A stretch of DNA of 64,000 nt from Octopus vulgaris. Its lineage: Eukaryota. The translations under genes were made by a program, and so were the position numbers. Below, piece by piece: positions 14,750 to 26,400 of this stretch. Position 1 is the stretch's first letter. Every line of letters begins with the position of its first letter. The stretch lies in assembly GCA_951406725.2 (NCBI GenBank), contig OX597823.1, positions 42,780,001 through 42,844,000 on the forward strand. The letters are read 5' to 3'. The notes below the pieces were generated by a model. The model made no database searches. It saw only the letters and a list, made by a program, of their open reading frames with translations, and was not told where the DNA came from.

Positions 14750-16624
14750 ATTTCATTTATTGGCCACTAAGGCCGACATATAGGGGACAATAGTGTAGAC
14801 GGGGACTGTGAGAGGACTTAGACAAAACAACGACTGAACAATTAGGAAAACAATAACAAGAAACATTAAACAAGAAAATACAACAATGTGATTTTCCCAA
14901 TAGGAAGGATGACCACTCAGGGTTGGCTCAGGTACCCCACAAACCCGGAACTACCTGACCCTTCGAGGGTAGTGGGAAAGGGTTCACATCTCCTCCTCAA
15001 GTTTACCAGTCTACAGGTGCATTATTAGAGTAGGTCCATTCACACAGTCCATTTTCGCTACATTCGCCCACCTTTCAGCAAATGTATTGGCGAGGTGAAT
15101 CAATTCTCTCTCCACCTTCATCTTCCTTTCCAAGTGAAATTTGAAAGAGTGAAAAAGTTGATGATGTCTTGGCCGAAGAGAAAAGTGTTTGTCTTCTGTC
15201 CTTTCAAACTGGTTCACCATACAACCTCTTTCGCTACTGCTACCACACAGTGGAAAATTGCTATACCTTCCTGGGCAAAGGAAGACGGCGGGTCTCTTTT
15301 TCACCCAGGGCAGCAGCTCAGTTAAGAAGATGTGCTGGGGAAAGGCCTGTTTTACAAACGGCAATCACACCTGTTCACCGTTTAGGCAGAATATCTGGAG
15401 ATGCCGCAGCCTCAGCGTATGTCTACGCATCATTAGCAATGGCATGCCCAACCCTCCACGTAGAGGGTGGTGGTGCAGATGGACCGTCTCACCAACGGAA
15501 CCTGCCCCCTCTTCACAAGAATTTCAAGATGAGGTGCTCCAACTTGGTGAGGCACGTACGGGGCCAAGGCACGGCGGTCAGGCGGTAGTACATGACGGAT
15601 GCGATGTACGCATTCACCACCTCCACCCGACCTTTCAGTGACAGATTCCTTGCAGCCCATTTCTGTGTGAGATTGATATTCTGTTCGTCACCTCGTCCCG
15701 ATTCTTATCCACTTGGAGGTCTGATCCGAACCAAAGCCCAAGCAACTTTACCGGTCCCTGCGTCCAGCGCTCAATGACGCTGTTGAACGCCATGGGCTTC
15801 CCTCTCCAGGTTCAGAGCTCCACGCCCACCAACTTTTCCGGGTTAAGTTTTGCTCCTGTCAACTTATCATATTCCTCCAATAATGTGCCGACCACCTGGA
15901 TTTCTGAGGTGTTCGACACTATCACGGTGATGTCGTCTGTATCAGCCAACACAGCCCTTCTACGTCCTGGTTCGAGGGGAATTCCCTGCAGCATCTCCAG
16001 CTTTCGCAGTAAAGGTTCAAGAGTCAATACATACAGAAGGGATGTTATCCTTCATGGACTGATCGGGAGATCTGAAACCCTTGCGAGAGGCGGCCATTAA
16101 CATTGACCACCGAGCATATGCCGCTGTGTATTCCGGTGATCCAACCTCTGAAGACGGGGCTGAAGTAACCACATATCAAGTCCTAGTGGAATCCTGGCAA
16201 TGCAGACACGTGCTGTTCTTTTTCCCATATGTGAGAGGTACATTATGACCTTATTGTTTTTGCAAAGGGTCATTGAGTGCTTCATATTGAGGGTTTCTGG
16301 CTTAAAATGCACCGAAATGGTGCCATATTGTCTGTCCCTCGCTATGTACTCGGTGTCATCCCTTATACATCTCAGTGCAGCTTCAATATTTGCTTGTGCT
16401 ATTAAAGCTGCTTTCTTCTTCTCCGCTGAAAAGCATCTGAAACATACGGTTCTTCTCTCCACTGCCGAGATGGTTAGATTCGCCCAGGTTTGCTCGTGTT
16501 TGATGCGATCCCAGGCTTCGGGCCAACTTTTCAGCTTTGTTTGCGAGGGAGGTCTAGGCTGAATCGTGATCTCATTTTGATGCTGCCACTGCGGAAGTAT
16601 TGTTGTTGTTGGTAATATTGGTAA

Positions 16625-16661
<37 letters not shown>

Positions 16662-17100
16662 AATATTGGTAATGTTGTTGTTGTCATTGTTTTGGTTGGT
16701 GTGTTTTGCTGGGGTAGTTGACACCTTTGGTATCGCTGTTGTTATTGCCATCGCTGCTGCTGCTGCCGTTGCTGTCTCTCGTATTGTTGATGTTGCTACC
16801 ACTACTACTGCTGCTGCTGCTGCTGGCACTGACGGTAGTGGCTGAGATGGTAGTGTTTTCGCTTGTGTTCTTGGTGTTTGTAATTTTCTTTTGTTTCTGA
16901 GGTAGTAAAGGGGAGGAAAAGGGAATTCATTTTCATAGTTCCATGTGCGCTGTTGTTGTTGTTACAACAGTCACTATCTCGTTCAACTTGGCTGTTCTGT
17001 CTTGTGAACAACCCGCTGTTTTTTGCAGCGGATGGGAGTTTCATTCGCCATCTTTCATTTTAGAGAAAAGTGAGGAGTGTTGTAACCCAAATACCAAAAT
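14750..17100 (-). mobile_element. Tx1/L1-clade LINE, internally deleted and pseudogenised (ORF1 ~17050-16165; ORF2 RT to C-terminus ~16165-15011; 3' UTR to ~14750)
   Basis: ORF2 pieces: FRGWI..SVVNVNGRLSQGFQISRSVHEG; LYVLTLEPLLRKL; ADTDDITV (decayed YADD); TGAKLNPEK; KLLGLWFG; FKFHLERKMKVERE..ERW. ORF1 has a low-complexity N-terminus and RTVCFRC..YGTISVHF. (AAC/AAT)n tail. Confidence 0.85.
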
Positions 17101-17329
17101 AACACCTAAGCGCTAAAAATGGGAAAGTAGATTCAGTTTTCAGGGGAATAAGATACTAACAATATAGGTGACATTAACTTATTGATCTATGCAGGAGAGA
17201 TAGCAGTTACTAGAAGATTAGATATTTCACAAGGAAAGATTAGAATAGAGCAAATGTGGAGAAGAAGAATACAAAAGGAAAACTAATAGCAACAACAATC
17301 ACAATAATAATAACCTTTGTGTTATAGTA

Positions 17330-17995
17330 GGCACTAGGTCTGAGACTTTGGGGGAGGAGATAAGTCCATTACATCAACCCCAGATGACAGGTAAAGTGGA
17401 TTCCACGCTGGTGTTTGAACTCAGAACCTACAAAATCAGAAGAAATCCTGCTAAGTATTTTGTCCAACGTATGAACGGTTCGGCTAGTTTACTGCCTTAC
17501 CGTTTTCATATAATTATTTCTAATTTTGGCACAAAGCGAGAAAGTTTTAAAGGGATGGGGGCCAGATGATGAAATCGATCCCTGTATTAGACAGGTACTT
17601 TATATCATGAACTCCGAGAGCATCAACGGCAAAGTTGACCAGCGCAGGATCCGAACTCAGAACGTAGAGCAAGAAAAAATGCTAGAAAGTATTTTTATCA
17701 TCCCAATGCCTTACTGTTTTCATATAAGAAAAGTAACAGCTCCTTTTGTGACAAACAATAACAACATCAACAAAAAAAAACGGCTACAAAATTGTTTGCG
17801 ATGTAATTCATTTTATGTATTTGCAGAAATCCGATATTTTGTGGGAAGGTCGATAGCCGCTTATATCGAACCGCAATAATTGATTGCTACTTTGTAATAT
17901 TGACCCTAAAAGGATAAAAAGTAAAGCTGACCTCGGTGTTGTATGAAATAAGAACGTAAAGATTCCGAGGAAATACTGCTCAGCAATTCTTCCGA
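17330..17995 (-). mobile_element. Three consecutive decayed SINE family A copies
   Basis: Each carries variants of GGCAAAGTCGAC..GAACTCAGAAC..CTAAGTATTT (about 17330-17500, 17525-17700, 17830-17995). Confidence 0.65.
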
Positions 17996-17997
17996 CG

Positions 17998-18250
17998 GAG
18001 GGGCGTGGCTCAGTTGTTAGGATGTTGGTCTCATGATCGTAAGCTTGTGCGTTCGACTCCTGGAGCAAACATTGCGTTATGTTCTTGACCAAAGCATTTT
18101 ATTTTACGTTGTTCCAGTTCACTCAACTGGCAAAAATAAGTATTTCTGCGATGGACTGGTGTCTTGGTGGGTGAGGAATATATATGCACCGCAGGAAATG
18201 AGCAACTATCCCAGGGTGTTTATATGACTTGAAAAGGATCGTTATCCTTT
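17998..18250 (+). mobile_element. tRNA-derived SINE family C
   Basis: tRNA-like head with A box TGGCTCAGTTG and B box GTTCGACTCC, then CORE-like GTTCTTGACCAAAGCATTTTA and GTTGTTCCAGTTCACTCA. Confidence 0.8.
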
Positions 18251-18319
18251 GTTTTCATTTCTTCCAACGCTCTTTCGATTCTGTCATATCAATCTCACAC
18301 TGTTTTCATATTAAAAGGT

Positions 18320-18648
18320 AAGCGGGTAATGACCATGGGATTACACCTAGAAAGAAAGTTACCCACCAAGGCACAAGTCCGGGACAGATTATTTATGGAA
18401 GACCAACAGTCGCTCATGCATACCTGCCTCCCCTTTCCAGGCCACTAATGTTGTCCAAGGGAAGGGCAAATGTCGGTAGAGCTTGGCACCAGTGACGTCG
18501 CAACTCATTTCTCGAACTGTGTGAACTGGAGCAACGTGGAATAAAGTGTCTTGCTCAGGAACACAACGCACAACCCGGTTTGCGAATCGAGCTCACTAAC
18601 TCATGATTATGAGATCGACGCTCTAACTGCTGAGTTATGTGCCTTCAC
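18320..18648 (-). mobile_element. SINE family C (inverted relative to the 17998 copy)
   Basis: GTGAACTGGAGCAACGTGGAATAAAGTGTCTTGCTCAGGAACACAACGC is the reverse complement of the family C core. Also seen at ~27570-27695 and ~41140-41205. Confidence 0.75.
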
Positions 18649-18870
18649 TTGTTTTCCTATAATACCAAGAATAGCAGTTTCTGCCGTGAACAACAATAAA
18701 AAAGCATGATCTACAACATTAACGTCAACATCATCAATAACAACAACGGTGAAGTCGTTTGCACTATAATCCAACATGCCTTTAAATAGAACAGTAAATA
18801 AGTTTTTATTTGAAAAAATACAATAAAAACAAAACAAAACTATTATTATACTTTTATAGCATTAATACAA

Positions 18871-19082
18871 AGCAGTAATCTGGTAGAATCATTAGCACGC
18901 CGGACAAAAAGTTTAGCGGTATTTCGTCCAAATTTGCATTCTGAGTTCAAATTCCGTGAGGTAGGCTTTTCCTTTCGTCATTTCGGGGTCGATAAAATAA
19001 GAACCATTTGAGCACTGGGGATCCATATAATCGACTCACCATCTCACCATAATTATAGGCCTTGTGTCAGTATTTGAAATCA
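18871..19082 (+). mobile_element. SINE family A, tail type 1
   Basis: TTAGCACGCCGG..TTCTGAGTTCAAATTCC..TTTCGGGGTCGATAAAATAAG..GGCCTTGTG. Confidence 0.9.
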
Positions 19083-19131
19083 CTATATATACATATATAA
19101 AATGAAATCCTTAGACATACATAAGCATGTA

Positions 19132-19294
19132 GGTGGAGAAGTGGCTGTGTGGTAAGAAGCTTGCAGCCTAACCACATGCTTCTGGGTTCAGTTCCACTGC
19201 GGGACACCTAGGGCAGGTGTCTTCTACTATAGCCTCGGGCCAGTCAGAGACTTGTGAGTAGATTTGGTAGGAGGAAACTGAAAGAAGTTCGTCG

Positions 19295-19349
<55 letters not shown>

Positions 19350-19516
19350 TGGTGTGGTTACGTCCCCATAACTTAGCGGTTCGGTAAAAACTAATATAAT
19401 AAGTACTAGACTTTAAAAAAATTCTCCTAACGTTGAGTGTCTCCTCGTTCGACAAAAAATAATAATATTGAAGGCTGAGCCCCAGCATGACCGCAGGAAA
19501 ATGACTGAAACAAGTT
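19132..19516 (+). mobile_element. SINE family B, near full length, with internal (TA)n
   Basis: tRNA-like head GTGGCTGTGTGGTAAGAAGC..GGGTTCAGTTCC, CORE-like CACCTAGGGCAGGTGTCTT, (TA)n, then 3' module ending CCAGCATGACCGCAG..TGACTGAAACAAG. Confidence 0.9.
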
Positions 19517-20058
19517 ATATATATCATATTATTATATATGTCCATGTAGTGTTTAAAACCAGTCAATTGAAGCAAAATGTGAAATCTGATCATAATGTTA
19601 TCAGGAACCAAATGTTAAATCTGGGGCTACTATTCATATGACTATTGAAATTAATGCCTTCGGACAGATGACCCCCTTAAAATATCGCAGCATTCATTGA
19701 AAGTCAATTATTTGAGAAGAGGACAAAGAGGGCGAGAAGAGGGAGAGAGAGAGTGAGAGAAAGAGAGAGAGAGAGAGACAGAGGGAGAGTAATAAACAGG
19801 TAGCCACATAAAGAGATACCCAAAGCAGACATAATAGAAATAAACAACACGAAAATATATATATTGATAAATATAGAAGACAAAAAATATGAAAATAAGT
19901 TATCTTCACGCACGAAATGTTTCCCGCTATTAAACTGGTAAAGTAGTTGTTACATCAATGAATGGAAACACACACATACACAGAAATCTACCACACACAC
20001 ACACACACATCAGACACGCACAAAGACATACACACACACACACATATATATATACATA

Positions 20059-20104
<46 letters not shown>

Positions 20105-20720
20105 TATATATTATAGAAATAATGCCTAAGTATATATACAAATACAAGGTATCATATTATATGTGTTTATATGTGCATATGAAATATATATTTATACACA
20201 GAAATACATATATAATATATATATATATATATTAAGGTATATAAATTTTCACACACATGCGCACACAGTCAGGGACACTTACAGAGACTTACACGCTGAA
20301 TGTCTATAGTTGTAGTTTTTTCATAGTTAGCTACAACAGAAAATTCAATTTTTACTTTTTGTATTCTTATACGTTCGTAATACACACCCTTATAAACATC
20401 GATGTGTACTCTCACATGCACAAACATATAAACAAAATCGTCACTTTTTATAGCCCTGTGAATAGGCAATGAAATATGTAAGAAAATCTCTATGTATACA
20501 GGTACAATATATATATATGCATTATATATATATATATATATATATATACAAACACATATATATGTACATATATATACACATATATATACATATATATGTA
20601 CATATATATACACATATATACATATATACATATATATATATATACATATACATACATATACATACATATACATACATATATGTATGTATATGTATATATA
20701 TATATAAATATATATATACG

Positions 20721-20760
<40 letters not shown>

Positions 20761-21139
20761 CATAGAGAGACAGACATACTGACAGACTGAGAGTGTTATT
20801 GTTTCGTGTGTATATGTGTGTGTGTGTGTGTGTGGTAGATATTGACACATATATCAAGTCAATAGTATTTTAGTTCATCTAAACGAGACCATTATTTACT
20901 CACTTACAATGCATTCCACAGGTAGTCGGTGCCATGTCTTTATGGCTGAGTGAATTAGTCCAGAAATCGTGAATGAACCGCAAATATACCCAACAAATCA
21001 TGTATTAAATATATATCATATGCTGTTATGCAGGGCATATATGTTTCGATCGTCTTCACCTTGTCAGTCGCTGTTGAACTTAAAACATTTATAGATTTAG
21101 TGACACAATATACGCAGTTTTTCAAATGACAGTCACAAG

Positions 21140-21347
21140 CATGTCCATGGGATTAAGAAGCTCGCTTTGCAGCCATGTGGTTTCGGATTCAGTTCCAACG
21201 CGCGGCACGAAAGTCAAGTGTATTCTATAACACCTTAGGACTAACAAATTGAAATTTGGTGTGTGGAGGTCCATCATATATATTTATATATTTGTATGTG
21301 TGTGTGTATACGGACAGACGAACAGACAGACAGACAGACAGACAGGC

Positions 21348-21418
<71 letters not shown>

Positions 21419-21705
21419 CAGATAGATAGATATAGATAGATAGGTAGATTGATAGATATAGATGTAGGTAAGCGAGTGTCTGCCTTTGTATGTGATTTGT
21501 CTCCTACACCGTATGACAACCCGTGTTGATTTGTTTACGTCCTCGTAACATCTCAGGTCGACAAAACATTTCTTAAAATTAATATATATATATATATATA
21601 TGTGTGTGTAAATACTGGTGTCGACTTGTTTCACAAAATCTCTTCAAGGCCGTGTTGCAGCATGGCCACAGTCCATTGTCTGAATCAAGTCAAATTTAAA
21701 AGATA
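21140..21705 (+). mobile_element. SINE family B with internal (GACA)n(GATA)n
   Basis: Same head and 3' module as the 19132 copy. Confidence 0.75.
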
Positions 21706-22929
21706 AGAAAACCACCAGCAACTGATATGTTATTAGGAATCAACGCTGGCACGAAATGTTCAAGTAAAAGAATCCCACTCAAATAGATAACACTAATACC
21801 TATTCGCACAATGTAAAGAACTTACCATTTTCCTGATCTGCTTTCGTGTATATTATTTTTCAGAATTTATTCTTGTTTCATTTTCTCTTATATTTATTTT
21901 TATTTCTCATTTTTAATTGTTTGATTTTCTTAGATATAAAGAGAAAGAATCTATCTGTGTCAATTATGAATTGTACTCTCTACAAATTTCGTATCCCCAC
22001 TACTCAAATAAACAGATGTAAGTGTATTTTTTTAATAATCCAGATCGATGCGCTTAAGGAAAGAAAATATACAATAGTAAAAGTAGCTGATGAAAAGTAC
22101 GAGAAACATAAGAAAGAGAAGAATGAGGTGTTAAAGAAGAGAAAAGCGAGATAATTATAAATGATGGAATATATAAATGATTGTTAGTGAGAAAGGAAGA
22201 ATCCAGAAAGAAAAATGAGAGACACGAATCTTGGAAAATTAGTGAAATCGGAAACAAATTATGAAGTGTTTATTATTAGAAGACAAACGTTATCATATAT
22301 ATATAATAAAAAGTGCAAAGAAAGTAAGATTGAAAATAATGACACCGATTTATAAGAATTAATGTCAAATAATATATATTAATCAATACCAAATAATATA
22401 TAATAATTGATATCAAATAATATATATTAACGATAAAGGTTTTAGATTTGTTTAAATTAATCATGGAACGGAAAGGTTGAATTAAAAGATAAGTGGAAAA
22501 ACTTGAAAATTAACCATTAGTAGCTCTTCAGTAGAAGGAAATTAAGAGTAATATTATGAAATATAAAATGATGAAAGATATATTGAAAAGAAAGGGAAGG
22601 AGAAAGATAAAAATAAGCAAATAAAACTGAAGGAAAGTGAATATTGATAATGTATTATTTTTAAAATTATTTTATTAGTTTATGTCAATAGACTGCAGCA
22701 TTCCTGGGGGGGTGGTGGACAGTGCCTTACAAGGTTTAGTCAATGAAATCGAACACAGCACTTACTTTCTCTGTCTAGTACTTCAGTTAGTTTGTTTTTG
22801 ATGAACGGCTAATGTTACAGGGACGTGAACAAAGCAACACACTTTGTCAACCAGAGAGAGATAAACAGAAAGACGAATAAACACACACTCACAATAAAAA
22901 AAACTATATATCCCAAAGAACCGCATTCC

Positions 22930-23140
22930 CACATGGTCCCTAAAGCTCATGTCGATTTCTTTTTACTTCACCCAATTTTGTTATTTACGCTTCTCCTTAT
23001 TTTCCTTCTATATTTTCTTTCTGATGAAGGACTAGTGTCCAGAACGTTCAAAGTTGTTTCCCTTCCTTTTACACGCTGCATACAAATACAGCATTTCTTA
23101 AAATTTGTCTTTTTTTTGTGTTCAGTGTTTTCATAGTATA
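22930..23140 (+). mobile_element. PLE-type terminal repeat fragment with degenerate hammerhead (23017-23053)
   Basis: CTTT-CTGATGA-A-GGAC tagt GTCC-AGAACGTTC-AAAG: stems I and II pair but GAAA is disrupted. Ends at (TA)n. Confidence 0.5.
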
Positions 23141-23214
23141 TATATATATATACACACACATACATACATACATACATACATACATACATACGCGCTGTGT
23201 ATATATATACATAT

Positions 23215-23318
23215 ATGTGTAGCTGTGTGGTAAGCAGTTTGCTTCCCAACCATATGTCTTCTGCTATAGCTCCGGGCCGACCACAGCCTTGTGAGTGGAT
23301 TTAGTAGGGGCAAACCCA
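23215..23318 (+). mobile_element. SINE family B 5' part (internally deleted), followed by a Helitron
   Basis: GCTGTGTGGTAAG..GCTTCCCAACCA..GGGCCGACC..GCCTTGTGAGTGGATTT. Confidence 0.8.
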
Positions 23319-24142
23319 TCCTATATCTATATATATAAAACTCAACTTGTGTGTATCTGTGTGTATCTGTGTGTGTGTCTGTGTGTTTAACTTCCCGGCA
23401 CATCTCCTCCTAGCCAACAAATCGCAGAACCACCAAAAATGGGTCACTTAAAGTTTAGGCGAATGAAAATTGAACTGCGCTATTTCTGTTCCGAAATTCA
23501 TCTCGCAAGTGCAAAAATCGATAATGTGTTTGTTTAGGCCTTATCCCATGCATTGAATAGTGAACTTTACTCAGTATGCTGTTTGACGTCAACTGTGTTC
23601 ACCACGCGTGCAAGCATGCGTAAATTGCATGAAAAATAAAAAAATCATGATATAAAAACGAATCGCCGTAAACATTGTAGAAATTCGGCAAAGAAATGAA
23701 TTTTCGGGATGTAGCCTGGAGGGTTTTTTCGTATTAATCGTTTGGACTTTGTGAACACATACCAATTGTTTTCATAACATTTTTAACGCTTTGAATTAAA
23801 TGTGACCATTTTGCGTTGAATCTGCAGTTTGAATCACTTTAACCAAATTTTAGCAGGCCGGATTTTTGATCATCATGATACATCGCCAGCGACTCCCTGA
23901 AACTCTCCCCTAAAATCCCCTGATCTAAAAGAATAAGTCAACAATGCAATTATTTGATCAACAAAAATTTATGAAACGCTTCTACGTACTTCCTATTGAG
24001 AAAATGGAACACATAAGCGCAAAAATAGAGGGCATTAAATGCTTGATTTTAAAACCAAAATAATTGAATTTTGATTAAACTTCATCCAAGTTTAGCTAAA
24101 TTCGCGCGTGCATAGAACGCAGGAGCCGGGCAATACTGCTAG
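23319..24142 (+). mobile_element. Non-autonomous Helitron
   Basis: 5' A|TC..TATATCTATATATATAAAA followed by a (TG)-rich tract. 3' GC-rich GCAGGAGCCGGGCAATACTG then CTAG|T. No target duplication, A/T insertion site: Helitron hallmarks. Confidence 0.7.
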
Positions 24143-24160
24143 TATATATATATATATATA

Positions 24161-24405
24161 TTATAATGATGGAAGGCCGGTTTATGGAGCTACCCTGGGG
24201 TTTTCGTCCATAAAGATTTTGGCCTTACGGCGTAACGTCAGACCTCAAACCAGTTGGCCTAAGACCTCATCAAAATATGGCTCTTATTTTGATTAGATCT
24301 TAGGCCAACAGGTTTAGGGTCTCAGGCCACGCTACACCGTAAGGCTAAATTCCTTATGGATGAGAAACCCAGGGTAACCCCATAAACCAACCTACCCCGT
24401 TATAA
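24161..24405. mobile_element. ~245-bp foldback (palindromic) MITE-like element
   Basis: Whole element is an imperfect inverted repeat: GGTTTATGG/CCATAAACC, TACCCTGGG/CCCAGGGTA, GCCTTACGG/CCGTAAGGC, GTTGGCCTAAGA/TCTTAGGCCAAC, ATCAAAATA/TATTTTGAT. TTATAA at both ends. Confidence 0.9.
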
Positions 24406-24474
24406 TTTTGAATGCTCTACATCTTAGACTTAGATACTCCAGATTTATGTTTTTCTACAAATGATATATATATA

Positions 24475-26400
24475 TGTAGAAGGTTGAAATATATGGAAAA
24501 ATAGTCAAGGTAGAAAATTCTAAAATAATGTTATAAAAAACATTTCAGTACCAGTTTCAGTCATTGAGACTTTTTCAACTGTAAGTATGGAAAACAATTA
24601 AATTTTGGAAAAATTAAAAGAAAAGTTTTTTAAAAGAATATTTGCATAGTATTCAAATACAAAGAGCATTTCCCTCTGGAATTCACACACATATTGGTTG
24701 GGCGTCCAACCAGGCCTTTCGCGATAACCTTAAAGCCAGGGACTTTACACCACCTTCTCTTATATGCATATATAAACCTACATACACAATGGGAATTCGA
24801 ACAATTTCTGTTTACCCAATTTACTTTCAGGTTTATAGTAGAAGACATTTTTTGCCCAAGTTACCATGGAGTGGAGCTGGACATGAATTTCAAAACAAAT
24901 TTCTCAACTGCACACTATTTATGTATATTATTTGCAAAATATACAGAAGGCAAATTTGATACGTTCTTAAAGCAATTGGTATTTAAATTTATTCTAAATT
25001 ATATGATAATTAAGTTTTGGTTGAAGAATTTTGAGTGTTATGAAATTGAAATATCAACGGAAAGAATTTAAGGGGAAACTAATTATTATAGCAGTTTTAA
25101 ATAACTAATATGACGGTAAAATATGGATAAAGAAGATGAGAAAATATGGAAAAGTAATTGTTTACTTATGCATATGCGTATGTAATGAAAGTAAGAATTG
25201 AAAAACTAATTAGAAGCTTATAATAAAAGTAAAGCAAAATATATGAAATAGTATTAAATATATTCACATGCCAATAAATCTATAAATGTTAACAAGTTTA
25301 AGATTAATGAAGTTGGAAAATAATTTCATATATAGGTATAGATGGAGAATAAATTAAAAAATTTAAAGTGGTTAAATAGATACAAGAGAAATTTAAGTGT
25401 GTTGATGTTATAAACAGTAGCGCAGTGGATATACTGGAGAGTTAAACGAGGAGCAAGAACATATAAGATTTCAATGAAGATTCGTAAAATGAAGAATTAG
25501 AGGTGAATCATTATTAGTATGAGAAAAATAGGACACGACAGTATCACAAAGGCTGATTGTTAATAATATCGTTGTAAGGGGCAATAAAACATATAAAAAT
25601 TAAGTAATGGTAAAAAGACCATTTTGGGACAAATAGAAGAGATCAAAGTTATGTTGTAGATACTTATAAAATGAATAATCTAAAATTCAAAGGTAGACCT
25701 AAAATAGAATTATGAAGACGAGAGTGTCAACTTATGATTTAGAGTGAAAAGATTCTGCTATAGGAAAAGGGAGTACTAAACAAATTAGAAACTAAAAAAA
25801 GATACAGCATGAACAGAGAAGAAATGTGGATATAAACATAAATTAATCCACTAAACATCTTAAATTATTTCAGATAATTTTAGATATTGAGTGTGATAAG
25901 AGGAGGTCGTAAATATGTTATCTGTTTGTTAAGATTCCAGATTCGTTATCAGAAATAGGATTTTGAAAGGCCTCTATTTATGCAAAGAAATATTTTCATT
26001 GTGTTCATTAAGACAGGAAAGCTTTTAGGAAATTTAACTTTTATACTTCCATTTTCACATAAATTTCAAGGTCTCTTGTTACAGAATATTGCCATTTTTA
26101 AAAACTTTTCACATATATTTGGGTAGTGAAGTTTCATACTTTATTTTAAGATTTCTAAATGGGGTGATAATTATAGCATAAATTGAAGGGTCTTAAAGCT
26201 AGCATTTATATGTATGTGAGGAAGTATTGGTGACTACATTGCAGCTATATACTGAAGTGCTGTCAAAGTGTTTGAAGCCTAAAAATCACGTTTAGATAAT
26301 TTAATTTGTAATTATGTTTAAAATATGGCTTTTGGGTCTTGGGATTAGTTTGCTTAATCTATTCTATACCAAAGAAACTAGTGTAGTATAGAGCGAAAAT
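24475..26400 (-). mobile_element. Decayed Penelope-like element: GIY-YIG remnant (~26400-26000), long AT-rich 3' region, terminal hammerhead variant
   Basis: Minus-strand traces SVYSCNVVTNTSSHTYI, FRNLK, KYETSLPKYM(W)K, (C)NLCE resemble PLE GIY-YIG. Hammerhead-like fold at 24543-24584 just before a (TA)n terminus. Confidence 0.5.
24543..24584 (-). ncRNA. Minimal type I hammerhead ribozyme variant (U3-A8 core)
   Basis: Minus strand TTACAG-TTGAAAA-AGTC tcaat GACT-GAAA-CTGG-TA-CTGAAA: stem I CAG/CTG, perfect 4-bp stem II, GAAA, GUA cleavage triplet. Confidence 0.55.

Noticed and set aside
17998-18065. tRNA gene
   Set aside because: A and B boxes are present, but the cloverleaf is broken and it continues into a SINE core: a SINE head.
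20257-20857. Numerous YI/HT/CV-repeat ORFs here and throughout the window
   Set aside because: Dinucleotide and tetranucleotide microsatellite translations.
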